Shown here one piece after another: positions 25,241 to 32,979 of a DNA stretch of 46,325 nt; positions within the stretch are counted from its first letter, which is position 1; each line of letters opens with the position of its first letter. The notes under the pieces were generated by a model. That model was not told where the DNA came from. It did not search any database and was given only the letters and a program-made list of their open reading frames with translations. The DNA comes from a virus, in the IMG/VR virus record IMGVR_UViG_3300009100_000007; one strand, given 5' to 3'. Position numbers and translations under genes: made by a program.

Positions 25241-25270
25241 AGAGTAGCAAGGGTATCGGTCTACTGTCAA
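25241..25270 (-). promoter_or_regulatory. Minus-strand promoter: TTGACA - 18 nt - TGc-TACTCT (extended -10)
   Basis: The plus strand shows tgtcaa at 25265..25270 and agagta at 25241..25246, with gca immediately adjacent (TGC on the minus strand). Confidence 0.5.
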
Positions 25271-25355
25271 GAGGAAATTAAGAGGGGGTGATTAAATCCA
25301 ATGACACTTATTTGCCTGTTTGCGGCGTTAATATGTCATGCGACGCACAGTTTTA

Positions 25356-25381
25356 TTAGCCGGGGTAACGCATCCGGCTAA
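25356..25381. repeat. Perfect 8-bp inverted repeat with 10-nt loop (TTAGCCGG...CCGGCTAA)
   Basis: Read directly. No U-run follows on either strand, so it is not a canonical terminator. Lies 33 nt upstream of the VRR-NUC start. Confidence 0.6.
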
Positions 25382-25413
25382 AAACACGTTGACGTCGAAA
25401 TAGAGAGGGTAAA

Positions 25414-25740
25414 GTGAGTCTATACGATCAAATAAGTGAGTCAGCCTTCACCGCGCAGGTTATCCGCATGGCTCAGGTATTTAAATGGCGCGTGGCACAC
25501 TTCCGCCCCGGCATGACGAAGAGGGGGCGATGGGTGACGGCAATGAGTGGAAACATTGGGTTTTTTGATTTGGTGCTAATTGGGAAATCGAGAACAATAT
25601 TCGCTGAATTGAAAAGCGCGAAGGGAAAACTAACAGAGGATCAAAAGGAGTGGATTGCTCGGGCTAGGGAATGTCCCGGCGTGGAAACTTATGTTTGGTA
25701 TCCTAAAGATATTGAAATGATCGAGAGTATTTTAAGATGA
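25414..25740 (+). CDS. VRR-NUC domain nuclease (108 aa)
   Basis: GFFDLVLIG...IFAELKSAKGKLTEDQKEW fits the VRR-NUC PD...ExK...Q..W pattern. GAGAGGG RBS before the GTG start. Confidence 0.8.
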   Translation: MSLYDQISESAFTAQVIRMAQVFKWRVAHFRPGMTKRGRWVTAMSGNIGFFDLVLIGKSRTIFAELKSAKGKLTEDQKEWIARARECPGVETYVWYPKDIEMIESILR

Positions 25741-26162
25741 GTGGAATAGTTAGGCAATTAGCTATTACGCGGTTCGAGGCGTTTTGTATGCCTGAACCAA
25801 TGTCAGGTTGCATTATCTGGATGGGTGCAATTAGTAGCAATGGGTATGGGCATTTTTGGTTTAATCGTAAACCGATCGGCGCCCATGTTTGGGCATGGGT
25901 AGCGGCTAACGGGCCGTTGCCACAAGGCTTACAGATTGACCACTTGTGCAGGAATAGGCCATGCGTCAATGCGCGGCATTTAGAAGCAGTAACCGGCAGG
26001 GTCAACACGCTAAGGGGTAACACGATCACCGCCGCGAACAGTCGAAAAACGCATTGCCCAATTGGTCACGAGTTAAACGGAGTCAATTTGATTAGAGTTG
26101 CAGGCCGGCGTGTGTGTCGGGAATGTAAAAACTCAAAACGTAGGCGACCGAAAGGATTTTAA
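25737..26162 (+). CDS. HNH endonuclease (HNH_3-type, 141 aa)
   Basis: CIIWMGAISSNGYGHFW...IDHLCRNRPCVNARHLEAVT...N is the classic phage HNH pattern. ATGA overlap with the VRR-NUC gene. Confidence 0.8.
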   Translation: MSGIVRQLAITRFEAFCMPEPMSGCIIWMGAISSNGYGHFWFNRKPIGAHVWAWVAANGPLPQGLQIDHLCRNRPCVNARHLEAVTGRVNTLRGNTITAANSRKTHCPIGHELNGVNLIRVAGRRVCRECKNSKRRRPKGF

Positions 26163-26201
26163 GATAATGCCCCTGCGCGAAACTTTAAGAGAGAAAGGAT
26201 T

Positions 26202-26567
26202 ATGGCGCATGAAGTGTTCAAACAGATTCATGCCATGTCGATCGAGATCGCCTTAGGCGATTATGGCGGTATCCGTGACTGGAAACACCAGTGGATTAAC
26301 GAGACTTACCCCGATTCAAAGCCTAACCTTAGCCCTTACGATAGACTCCTTATTGCTGTACTGGTCAACGCGATAAACCTGGTCAGCAAGCCGCCAAGCC
26401 GCCATCTACAGGATAATAGGACGCAACGCGCCTGTAACAGTGCAGCTCGCTGGATAAAGAGCGACCGCGACGACTACGTGTTGGACTTTGTTTCGGTATG
26501 TGAACACTTCGGCTGGGTGCCGGCGGATATAAGAAAGAGAATTCGCCAAAAGGTAAGCGGCAAGTAA
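26202..26567 (+). CDS. Hypothetical protein (121 aa)
   Basis: AGAGAGAAAGGA RBS. The C-terminal DFVSVCEHFGWVPADIRKRI resembles a recurrent phage motif of unknown function. Confidence 0.6.
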   Translation: MAHEVFKQIHAMSIEIALGDYGGIRDWKHQWINETYPDSKPNLSPYDRLLIAVLVNAINLVSKPPSRHLQDNRTQRACNSAARWIKSDRDDYVLDFVSVCEHFGWVPADIRKRIRQKVSGK

Positions 26568-26575
26568 AAGGCAAA

Positions 26576-26600
26576 GCCGAGCCCCGGTGAAGGACTCGGC
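26576..26600 (-). terminator. Hairpin between convergent genes; terminator for the minus-strand cluster
   Basis: GCCGAG-13 nt-CUCGGC. On the minus strand it is followed by UUUGCCUUUU. On the plus strand the T-run is displaced. Confidence 0.5.
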
Positions 26601-26613
26601 CCACCATTTTCCA

Positions 26614-26808
26614 TCATTCTCCCCTCTTTGGGTATCTATGAAAATATTCGAAAGGGCATCTACCGGAAGGAGTAGGCGTTATGCCGGTAATTATGGCATC
26701 GTCCCACGACAGGCCGCAATGTCCGCAGGTATAACGTGCCTTTGCCGGTTCATCGTCCCTTAATGGTTGCACCTGAAAGTTTTTTGGTATGCGTACCACG
26801 TTTTTCAT
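26614..26808 (-). CDS. Small Zn-ribbon protein (64 aa)
   Basis: GGAGAA RBS 8 nt before the ATG at 26808 (track start 26814 is TTG). Contains CGHCG ... C cysteines. Confidence 0.6.
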   Translation of the reverse strand: MKNVVRIPKNFQVQPLRDDEPAKARYTCGHCGLSWDDAIITGITPTPSGRCPFEYFHRYPKRGE

Positions 26809-26838
26809 TATCAATTCTCCATTCTTTAATTTAGTGAC

Positions 26839-26918
26839 CGGCTTAACCGACCGGGCCTTGAAGGGCGCAACCCCTACGGCTTCACTAGGCTTGGAGAAAG
26901 CCCGGCAAAGTTAAGCCG
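26839..26918 (-). promoter_or_regulatory. Interrupted 15-bp inverted repeat enclosing ~43 nt in the leader of 26614..26808
   Basis: 26839..26847 pairs with 26910..26918, and 26851..26856 pairs with 26900..26905. Overlapped by the stop of a 9-codon mini-ORF (26911..26940) that has a strong RBS. Confidence 0.4.
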
Positions 26919-27072
26919 CTTTTACGCTGAATAGTTCCATGTTCTTTCTCCTTCCCGGTTTTGCGGCCCGGCTATAATAATTTGTCTATTTGCTGTTTGG
27001 CGAATTCTATTGCTAGTTTTTTAGCTTCGGCATTGCTGCGAGTTTGCGGCCAGGGTTTTGGTTGGTTATTGT

Positions 27073-27363
27073 TTATCGTTTTGCTAGGTCACACTTTTGG
27101 CAAATCTCCATCATTTGCTTGCGCGGTCCGTAGCGATCGTCCTCGACTAGCTTGAAATCGCAAACATGCTTCGGATGCGTATGCACAGACCACCCGCCGG
27201 GATTGGCGTGATTGCGATCGAGATGATTTTCGGCAATCTTCATTGTTTTGAACGGCCCGAAGGTGTCAAAGGCTGGATTCTCGCCGTAGGGCCATCGCTG
27301 GATTTTGTAAAACCATTCATCAAGATTTTTCTCGTAAAAAACGCAATCTGCTCCTGTACTCAT
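27073..27363 (-). CDS. Hypothetical protein (96 aa)
   Basis: GGAAGGAGAAAC RBS. C-terminal CQKC motif. Confidence 0.65.
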   Translation of the reverse strand: MSTGADCVFYEKNLDEWFYKIQRWPYGENPAFDTFGPFKTMKIAENHLDRNHANPGGWSVHTHPKHVCDFKLVEDDRYGPRKQMMEICQKCDLAKR

Positions 27364-27424
27364 TTTGTTTCTCCTTCCCGGTATGCCGCCGGGTTTGGTT
27401 GCGCCCGGTTAATAAGCGGAGCTG

Positions 27425-27619
27425 TTATTTGATAAACCAAGAATTGTCGCGCCTAGCCGGTCTAATGGCAGGCTTTACCTTGCCGGCCTGCTCCAATGCC
27501 GTCATGGTGGTTTTACCGGCCTTAATGAGGCGTCTAACTGCGCTGTAGTCGGTATTGCAGAGACCGCGTGACCAAGGTTTGTTCTTGCAGCCTGGTACCA
27601 GGCATTTTTCGGTATTCAT
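27425..27619 (-). CDS. Small Cys-containing DNA-binding-like protein (64 aa)
   Basis: CLVPGCKNKPWSRGLCNTDYSAVRRLIKAGKTTMTALEQAGK is a recurrent phage pattern. The ATG overlaps the upstream stop (ATGA). Confidence 0.6.
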   Translation of the reverse strand: MNTEKCLVPGCKNKPWSRGLCNTDYSAVRRLIKAGKTTMTALEQAGKVKPAIRPARRDNSWFIK

Positions 27620-28080
27620 TTCTCTCCCCTTGCTTGCGCGATTGCTGCTTTTAGACTGGTTTTGATCTCGTCAAACTTGGCCTTGCGCTGTTTATCCATG
27701 CCGGCGCCTGTTGGCGGTTGATTCCAGAAATCATTGATTGCTTCCAACGCTTCGAGCATGGTGGGAGCAGCGGCGATCAGGTGCGCGTTGGCTGCGCTGG
27801 CATCGTCGCGCACTTTTTGAGCATCCTTTACTATTTCCAGCCATTCGGGATGGCCGACTAGATAAGCATCATCAGCCATTGCTAGAATGTGGCGAGCGAG
27901 TTTACTTTCCATTTTGGGCCTCATGCTATCATCAATTGACCATGTTTCTTTACAGTGCGAGCAACCGTAGGTATTGGCGCAATATGCAACCGGCAACAAA
28001 TCGCGGTCACATACTGGACACTGCTTAAGGGCTAGCCTTGCGTTATGCAGGGCTGCTTTGTCCATTGCTTCATAATCCAT
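27616..28080 (-). CDS. Zn-ribbon plus Ead/Ea22-like C-terminal domain protein (154 aa)
   Basis: CPVC...CSHC, then AAPTMLEALEAI, a motif common in Ead/Ea22-like early phage proteins. AGGGGGGAAAA RBS. Confidence 0.6.
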   Translation of the reverse strand: MDYEAMDKAALHNARLALKQCPVCDRDLLPVAYCANTYGCSHCKETWSIDDSMRPKMESKLARHILAMADDAYLVGHPEWLEIVKDAQKVRDDASAANAHLIAAAPTMLEALEAINDFWNQPPTGAGMDKQRKAKFDEIKTSLKAAIAQARGEK

Positions 28081-28120
28081 TTTTCCCCCCTATTTTGCCG
28101 AGTTGATAATCCGTCCAAGA

Positions 28121-28140
28121 TTGCACCCCGCAGGGTGCAA
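28121..28140 (-). terminator. Strong intercistronic hairpin (8-bp stem, tetraloop), possible attenuator or processing site
   Basis: TTGCACCC-cgca-GGGTGCAA, 13 nt downstream (minus sense) of the 28153 stop. It is followed only by UCUUGG, so termination is uncertain. Confidence 0.35.
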
Positions 28141-28152
28141 GGTTTGGGGGGA

Positions 28153-28626
28153 CTATTCGAGTTTCAAACCCGCCTGGATTGCATTCCAGTAAGCAACCGA
28201 TTTTTTGCCGGCATATTTACGCGGCATGAATTCGCGCTGATTGTAGGAGTTAGGGCTGTCAACTTTGCCTAATGAGTAGCGTACTGCGCCAAGCTTGCGG
28301 AGCCGTTTTATTATGACTTTCATAGCGCCATCATCGTGAACGTCCTTGCAAAGCTTGGCTGCTAGCTCGAAGGCTTCCGGCTTGCCGGCGCTTAATCCTT
28401 CGACGCGAATAGCGTAGGCTTGGCGCAATCCTTTAGTATGATACTTATCGTCGGCGCCGTTGTTGGATTGAGCGCGAATAGTAAACATGTCGTCTGCAAA
28501 CTGGAAATAGTATTTTGACTGTTCGTTATAGGCCGAGGGCTTGCGTATAAGGATTTGATATTCGGTGATATTGCAGGACTTGTTGTCAGTTTGCCAGTAA
28601 TTGTAAATATATTTAGGCTTTTTCAT
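28153..28626 (-). CDS. Hypothetical protein (157 aa)
   Basis: AAGGAG RBS 7 nt before the ATG. AT-richer codon usage than the late genes. Confidence 0.65.
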   Translation of the reverse strand: MKKPKYIYNYWQTDNKSCNITEYQILIRKPSAYNEQSKYYFQFADDMFTIRAQSNNGADDKYHTKGLRQAYAIRVEGLSAGKPEAFELAAKLCKDVHDDGAMKVIIKRLRKLGAVRYSLGKVDSPNSYNQREFMPRKYAGKKSVAYWNAIQAGLKLE

Positions 28627-28671
28627 CTTTCATCTCCTTACCAGCTTGCGAGCTGGATTTGGTTGAGAACG

Positions 28672-28836
28672 TTAATATCTATTTCTATATTCATTCCAAA
28701 ATTTGTCGTTTTCTTCTTTCATTGCTTTGCTGCGCTGCGCTGATTCATTATTGAAGTCAGCGCGGCATTGAGGGCAGAAGTTGCATTCGTTCGCTATTGG
28801 GTTTTCTTGATTGCATCGGTCGCATTTAGCTTCCAT
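28672..28836 (-). CDS. Small double-CxxC zinc-ribbon protein (54 aa)
   Basis: AGGAGG RBS 10 nt before the ATG at 28836 (MEAKCDRC...CPQC). The track start at 28869 would place the RBS inside the ORF. Confidence 0.55.
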   Translation of the reverse strand: MEAKCDRCNQENPIANECNFCPQCRADFNNESAQRSKAMKEENDKFWNEYRNRY

Positions 28837-29271
28837 GTTTTCAAATCCTCCTGGTATCAAACTACCCAATTAACTAAGCAACTAATAGGCCAACAAGCAC
28901 AAGTGATCTAAATCAAGTAGTTAACTCATTGACGTCTTCCAAAGTGTATGAAAAAAGTGTATGATATCCCGCTTACTTGTGCGGCAATTACGCACTTATT
29001 GCGCAGCAATGATAATTGTGAAATATATAAACCACGATATGTCTGAGCTTTTTTTCTTTGTTTATATGGCTGTATGTGGTAATCCTTCTTGCGCGTAGTA
29101 GGGAAAATGTACGGACTATATTCAAGTTGACCCCGATCAGACCATACATGCGATATTTAGCACCGGGTTTGATTTCGCTAATTTCCTGCGTCGTGGCGCG
29201 CTGATAGGTAAGGATGGTAAGGACGATATCAATGAGGAACAATTCAGAGAGGCCGACTGCGAGGGAAGGGC

Positions 29272-29397
29272 ATGAAGAGAGTTATTGCCGCTCTATTGTT
29301 TGCTAGCTGCGCCATAACACCTAAACCAATGGGTGCAACGCATTGTGAGTTGTTAGATATTCAGAATAACGGCCTAATGGTTCTCGCGTGTTATTAA
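29272..29397 (+). CDS. Small lipoprotein-like ORF (41 aa; below the track cutoff)
   Basis: GAGGGAAGGG RBS. MKRVIAALLFASC has a signal and lipobox-like Cys. Translated by hand; TAA at 29395..29397. Confidence 0.45.
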   Translation: MKRVIAALLFASCAITPKPMGATHCELLDIQNNGLMVLACY

Positions 29398-29443
29398 TAG
29401 AATCGGGCAAATAAGCCCGTAGAATAAATCTCACTACAATCCC

Positions 29444-29890
29444 ATGCCAAAAGGAGTGCAAGGATTCCAGAAAGGAAATAGCTTCGGTGGTTACAGAGAA
29501 AAGGCCGGTAGGCTCACTAAAGAAGAAGAACAAGAGCGTTTAACACTTATTCAATGGCTTGAACGCGAGAAACAAAGAAGAGCGAAGCAGATAGCGAAGC
29601 GTTATTATGACATGGCCCATAATGACCCGCCTACAATGCGCCATGTCATTGATGGCGAGAGGCTAAATAATGGCCTACAGCAATCCAGCACCACCACTTA
29701 CCAATTTATTCAATTCACAAATAATCAAAATACCCTACAACTACCTGCCGAGGGGATATCAGCTCCCATTCTGGTTAGCGATGGGAGAGGGGAAGAAGAG
29801 AGCAGTAAAGTGTTGGCATCGTCGGTCGGGGAAGGACAAGACGGACTTAAATTTCATAGTTTCGCGCATGTTCCCCGAAAACCAAGGTAG
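29444..29890 (+). CDS. Terminase small subunit-like protein (up to 148 aa; last 221 nt overlap terL)
   Basis: MPKGVQGFQKGNSFGGYREKAGRLTKEE resembles the N-terminal motif of small terminases. Directly precedes terL. No SD. The true C-terminus is uncertain. Confidence 0.5.
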   Translation: MPKGVQGFQKGNSFGGYREKAGRLTKEEEQERLTLIQWLEREKQRRAKQIAKRYYDMAHNDPPTMRHVIDGERLNNGLQQSSTTTYQFIQFTNNQNTLQLPAEGISAPILVSDGRGEEESSKVLASSVGEGQDGLKFHSFAHVPRKPR

Positions 29891-31094
29891 GATCGGCACC
29901 TATTTCCACCTATTCCCCACCTATACCCAAGGCAAAAAAATAATGTGGGACGGTATAGACAAGGCCGGGTTTAGGGTAATGGACCATTTCCCCGGGTTTA
30001 GTGCCCGTCAGCACCCTGCCGGTATTGTCGCAAGGAAGAACGAGACAGAGTTACGCGTTGAGCTGGTAAATGGCTCCGCGTACCAGGTCATAGGGACGGA
30101 CAAGATTGACAGTATTATAGGCACAAACCCTGTAGGCTGCGTATTCAGTGAGTTTAGCCTACAAGACCCTAGGGCATGGGATATGTTATCGCCTATCTTA
30201 TTGGAAAATGACGGGTTTGCACTGTTTAACTTCACACCTCGTGGCCACAACCATGCCGAAGGTCTGTACAGGATGGCGCAGAAAGACCCGGCCTGGTATT
30301 GCTCAAGGTTTACAATCGACGATACCAAGGACGATGAAGGTAAGCCGATCATCACCAAAGATCAGATAGAGTCAGAGCGCAGGCGACTAGTTGAGCAAGG
30401 TAAGAGCGAGAGCGATGCGGAGACATTCCTACAGCAAGAATATTACTGCTCATTCGAGGGCTACTTAGAAGGTAGCTACTACAGTGAGCAGCTCCGCATA
30501 GCCCGGTCACAAGGGCGCATAACGCGCATCCCTTGGCGTACCAACGAACCTGTCTATACCTTTTGGGATATAGGTGTAGGCGATAGCACCGCCATCTGGT
30601 TCGGCCAACGCTATAAGCACTTGATACTAATGATCGACTACTACGAGGATCACGGCAAGCAACTATCATTCTACGCCAAAAAGCTCAAAGAACTACCATA
30701 CGTTTACGGTGGTCACTACTGGCCGCATGATGGCAAGAATAGGGACTTCAGCGGCCAAGAAGGCGAGGACAGGCGCGACACTGGGCAGCGCTTAGGTGTT
30801 AGGCCTATCTACATCGTACCAAGGGGTGATGTAGACGATGGCATAGACTCAGCACGCCGGTTATTTAGTCAGTGCTGGTTCGATGCCAAGAACTGCGCCA
30901 AGGGTTTAGACGCCTTAGCTAGTTATCACAAGGAGTGGGACGAGGACCGCAAGGAGTTCAGGCAGCGGCCATTCCACGACTGGTCGAGTCATGGCGCGGA
31001 CGCGTTTAGGACTATGGCTAAAAGTAGATGGGACTGGCCGGTTCAGGATGATAATCAACCGCATCGATTACCGCCTTCGGCAATGAGCGCATAG
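29670..31094 (+). CDS. terL: Terminase large subunit (474 aa)
   Basis: PRGYQLPFW...HRRSGKDK (Walker A-like) at the N-terminus. HDWSSHGADAFRTM is the nuclease-domain motif near the C-terminus. TAA two codons upstream of the ATG fixes the N-terminal limit. Confidence 0.9.
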   Translation: MAYSNPAPPLTNLFNSQIIKIPYNYLPRGYQLPFWLAMGEGKKRAVKCWHRRSGKDKTDLNFIVSRMFPENQGRIGTYFHLFPTYTQGKKIMWDGIDKAGFRVMDHFPGFSARQHPAGIVARKNETELRVELVNGSAYQVIGTDKIDSIIGTNPVGCVFSEFSLQDPRAWDMLSPILLENDGFALFNFTPRGHNHAEGLYRMAQKDPAWYCSRFTIDDTKDDEGKPIITKDQIESERRRLVEQGKSESDAETFLQQEYYCSFEGYLEGSYYSEQLRIARSQGRITRIPWRTNEPVYTFWDIGVGDSTAIWFGQRYKHLILMIDYYEDHGKQLSFYAKKLKELPYVYGGHYWPHDGKNRDFSGQEGEDRRDTGQRLGVRPIYIVPRGDVDDGIDSARRLFSQCWFDAKNCAKGLDALASYHKEWDEDRKEFRQRPFHDWSSHGADAFRTMAKSRWDWPVQDDNQPHRLPPSAMSA

Positions 31095-31098
31095 AGTT

Positions 31099-31347
31099 AT
31101 GCTACATAACGCTTGCTATGTTTTATCACGTTATTATAACGTAACAGGCATGGAAGCGCCTAAGTGTAGAATTTGTGGTGCGAAGCATTATGCCATGCAG
31201 CCGCATGTGTTCAAGGACGCACCCAATCTGGCGGCACCTGCGGCACCAGCAACAGGTAAGACTAAGCATTGTCATACTTGCAGGTGTTTTCCCATGACAG
31301 CAGCCGAGCGGCAGAAGGCATACCGCGAGCGCAAGAGAACCGCATGA
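31099..31347 (+). CDS. Small zinc-finger protein (82 aa, or 65 aa from the ATG at 31150)
   Basis: CRIC...H...CHTC motif and a basic C-terminus. Stop overlaps the next start. Confidence 0.55.
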   Translation: MLHNACYVLSRYYNVTGMEAPKCRICGAKHYAMQPHVFKDAPNLAAPAAPATGKTKHCHTCRCFPMTAAERQKAYRERKRTA

Positions 31348-32075
31348 ACATTATTTCCTTAGGTGCAGGCGTCCAATCTTCAACAATGGCGCTGATGGCG
31401 GCGCACGGCGAGATAACGCCGATGCCGGATGCTGCGATCTTTGCCGATACGCAGGCCGAGCCAGAGGCAGTTTATGAGTGGCTTGATTGGCTGAAAAAGC
31501 AATTGCCGTTTCCGGTGATTCGCGTCAGTAAAGGCAATCTGCAGAGAGAAACGCTACGCCAAAGGACAAGTAAAAAGGGCCGCAATTATTACAAGCTCTA
31601 TGTTCCTAGTTACGGCGAGAACGGCCCGATGCCGCGTAAGTGTACTACAGATTTCAAGTTAGTCCCGCTTTATGCGCATCTGCGCCAATGGCGTCCCGTT
31701 ACTATCTGGATTGGAATCAGTCTCGATGAAGCATATCGAATGAAAGAACCGTTCCGTAAATGGGTAATAAACCGTTATCCGCTCGTTGATTTAAGAATCC
31801 GTCGAAGCGACTGTTTGTTGTGGATGGAACGCGCCGGTTATCCAAAGCCGCCACGGTCGGCCTGTATATTTTGCCCATATCATAGCGATCAAGAATGGCG
31901 CGATTTGCCTTCTAGCGAATTTGCGCAGGCAGTTGAATTTGAGCGACAGCTACCAGCGGGAGAATTTTTGCATCGTAAAAGAGTCCCGCTCGATCAAGTT
32001 GATTTCTCCACCGACGAGGATCGCGGCCAACTGAATATGTTTAACAACGAGTGCGAAGGAATGTGCGGGGTATGA
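31344..32075 (+). CDS. PAPS-reductase-like (adenine-nucleotide alpha-hydrolase, PP-loop) protein (243 aa)
   Basis: MNIISLGAGVQSSTMAL is the PP-loop variant seen in phage PAPS-reductase/DndC-like proteins. C-terminal CIFCPYHSDQEW motif. ATG at 31344 overlaps the upstream TGA. Confidence 0.7.
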   Translation: MNIISLGAGVQSSTMALMAAHGEITPMPDAAIFADTQAEPEAVYEWLDWLKKQLPFPVIRVSKGNLQRETLRQRTSKKGRNYYKLYVPSYGENGPMPRKCTTDFKLVPLYAHLRQWRPVTIWIGISLDEAYRMKEPFRKWVINRYPLVDLRIRRSDCLLWMERAGYPKPPRSACIFCPYHSDQEWRDLPSSEFAQAVEFERQLPAGEFLHRKRVPLDQVDFSTDEDRGQLNMFNNECEGMCGV

Positions 32076-32629
32076 AGCTCAACATCGGCTGTGGCCGCAC
32101 TCCGCTTAAAGGCTGGATAAACGTTGATTGTATGGCCGCAATCAACGGTGATTCCATTGTGGATATCATCGCCAACCTTGACGCCAATGTGGTGAAACTG
32201 CCACTAGGCGATGATGTCTGTGATGAATTCCTACTGTCGCATGTGATCGAGCATATCAATAAGCCCTTGCCGCTGATGCAGGAACTACACAGAGTCGCCA
32301 AGCCCGGCGCCGTAGCAGTTATAAAGACGCCTTACGGCAGCAGTGACGATGCATGGGAAGATCCCACACACGTTAGACCCTACTTCGTTAATAGCTTCGG
32401 GTATTTCTCCCAACCGTTTTACTGGCGTGCCGACTATGGGTATCGGGGCGACTGGCGGGTTAAGAACATAAAGCTCTTTGTAGTTTCACCGCAAGTGACG
32501 ATAGGCACTGTCAGAGTAATGCGCAACACAGTTAAGGAAATGGTAGTCGAGCTTGAGGCAGTCAAGCCGATCCGTCCGCCTGTAGAGGAAATGGCGGAAC
32601 CAGTGCCGCTAGAGTTGGTGAGTCCATGA
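32072..32629 (+). CDS. Class I SAM-dependent methyltransferase (185 aa)
   Basis: MKLNIGCG (motif I) ... FLLSHVIEHI ... LHRVAKPGAVAVI follows the Methyltransf_11-like pattern. ATGA overlap with the upstream gene. Confidence 0.7.
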   Translation: MKLNIGCGRTPLKGWINVDCMAAINGDSIVDIIANLDANVVKLPLGDDVCDEFLLSHVIEHINKPLPLMQELHRVAKPGAVAVIKTPYGSSDDAWEDPTHVRPYFVNSFGYFSQPFYWRADYGYRGDWRVKNIKLFVVSPQVTIGTVRVMRNTVKEMVVELEAVKPIRPPVEEMAEPVPLELVSP

Positions 32630-32979
32630 GCGAAGCGCCGCGAACGAGAGAACCACTAGACCCATTCGGCCAAGCAGTAAAGGATTACATCGACGTATTG
32701 GAGGGGAAGAAGCCTGCCGCCAAAGCACAGGTAAATGGCGAGCAGGAATTAACAAACGAGCAGCGCCGGCGCGTGCCTTATATCATCGCCATGTATAGAA
32801 CTCCATGCTATCTATGCGAACAGGAACCGCCATGTCAGTTTTTTCTGCCGTGGAAAACCGCCGACGCTGTTACACCGTGGAAGATCACGGCTATATGTAA
32901 GAGATGTAAAGAAGTTCCGAATGTAGTGGAGCAAATTAAAACAAGGTTAATAGAGGAATTGTATGAGAACAAAGAGTAA
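32626..32979 (+). CDS. Cys-rich hypothetical protein (117 aa)
   Basis: CYLC...C...CKRC. ATGA-coupled to the methyltransferase gene. Confidence 0.6.
   Translation: MSEAPRTREPLDPFGQAVKDYIDVLEGKKPAAKAQVNGEQELTNEQRRRVPYIIAMYRTPCYLCEQEPPCQFFLPWKTADAVTPWKITAICKRCKEVPNVVEQIKTRLIEELYENKE

Noticed and set aside
28988-29533. Minus-strand track ORFs 28988..29242 and 29321..29533 in the divergent intergenic region
   Set aside because: There is no RBS, and they overlap the better-supported plus-strand lipoprotein-like and terS-like starts. The region more likely holds divergent promoters, although I could not define them confidently.
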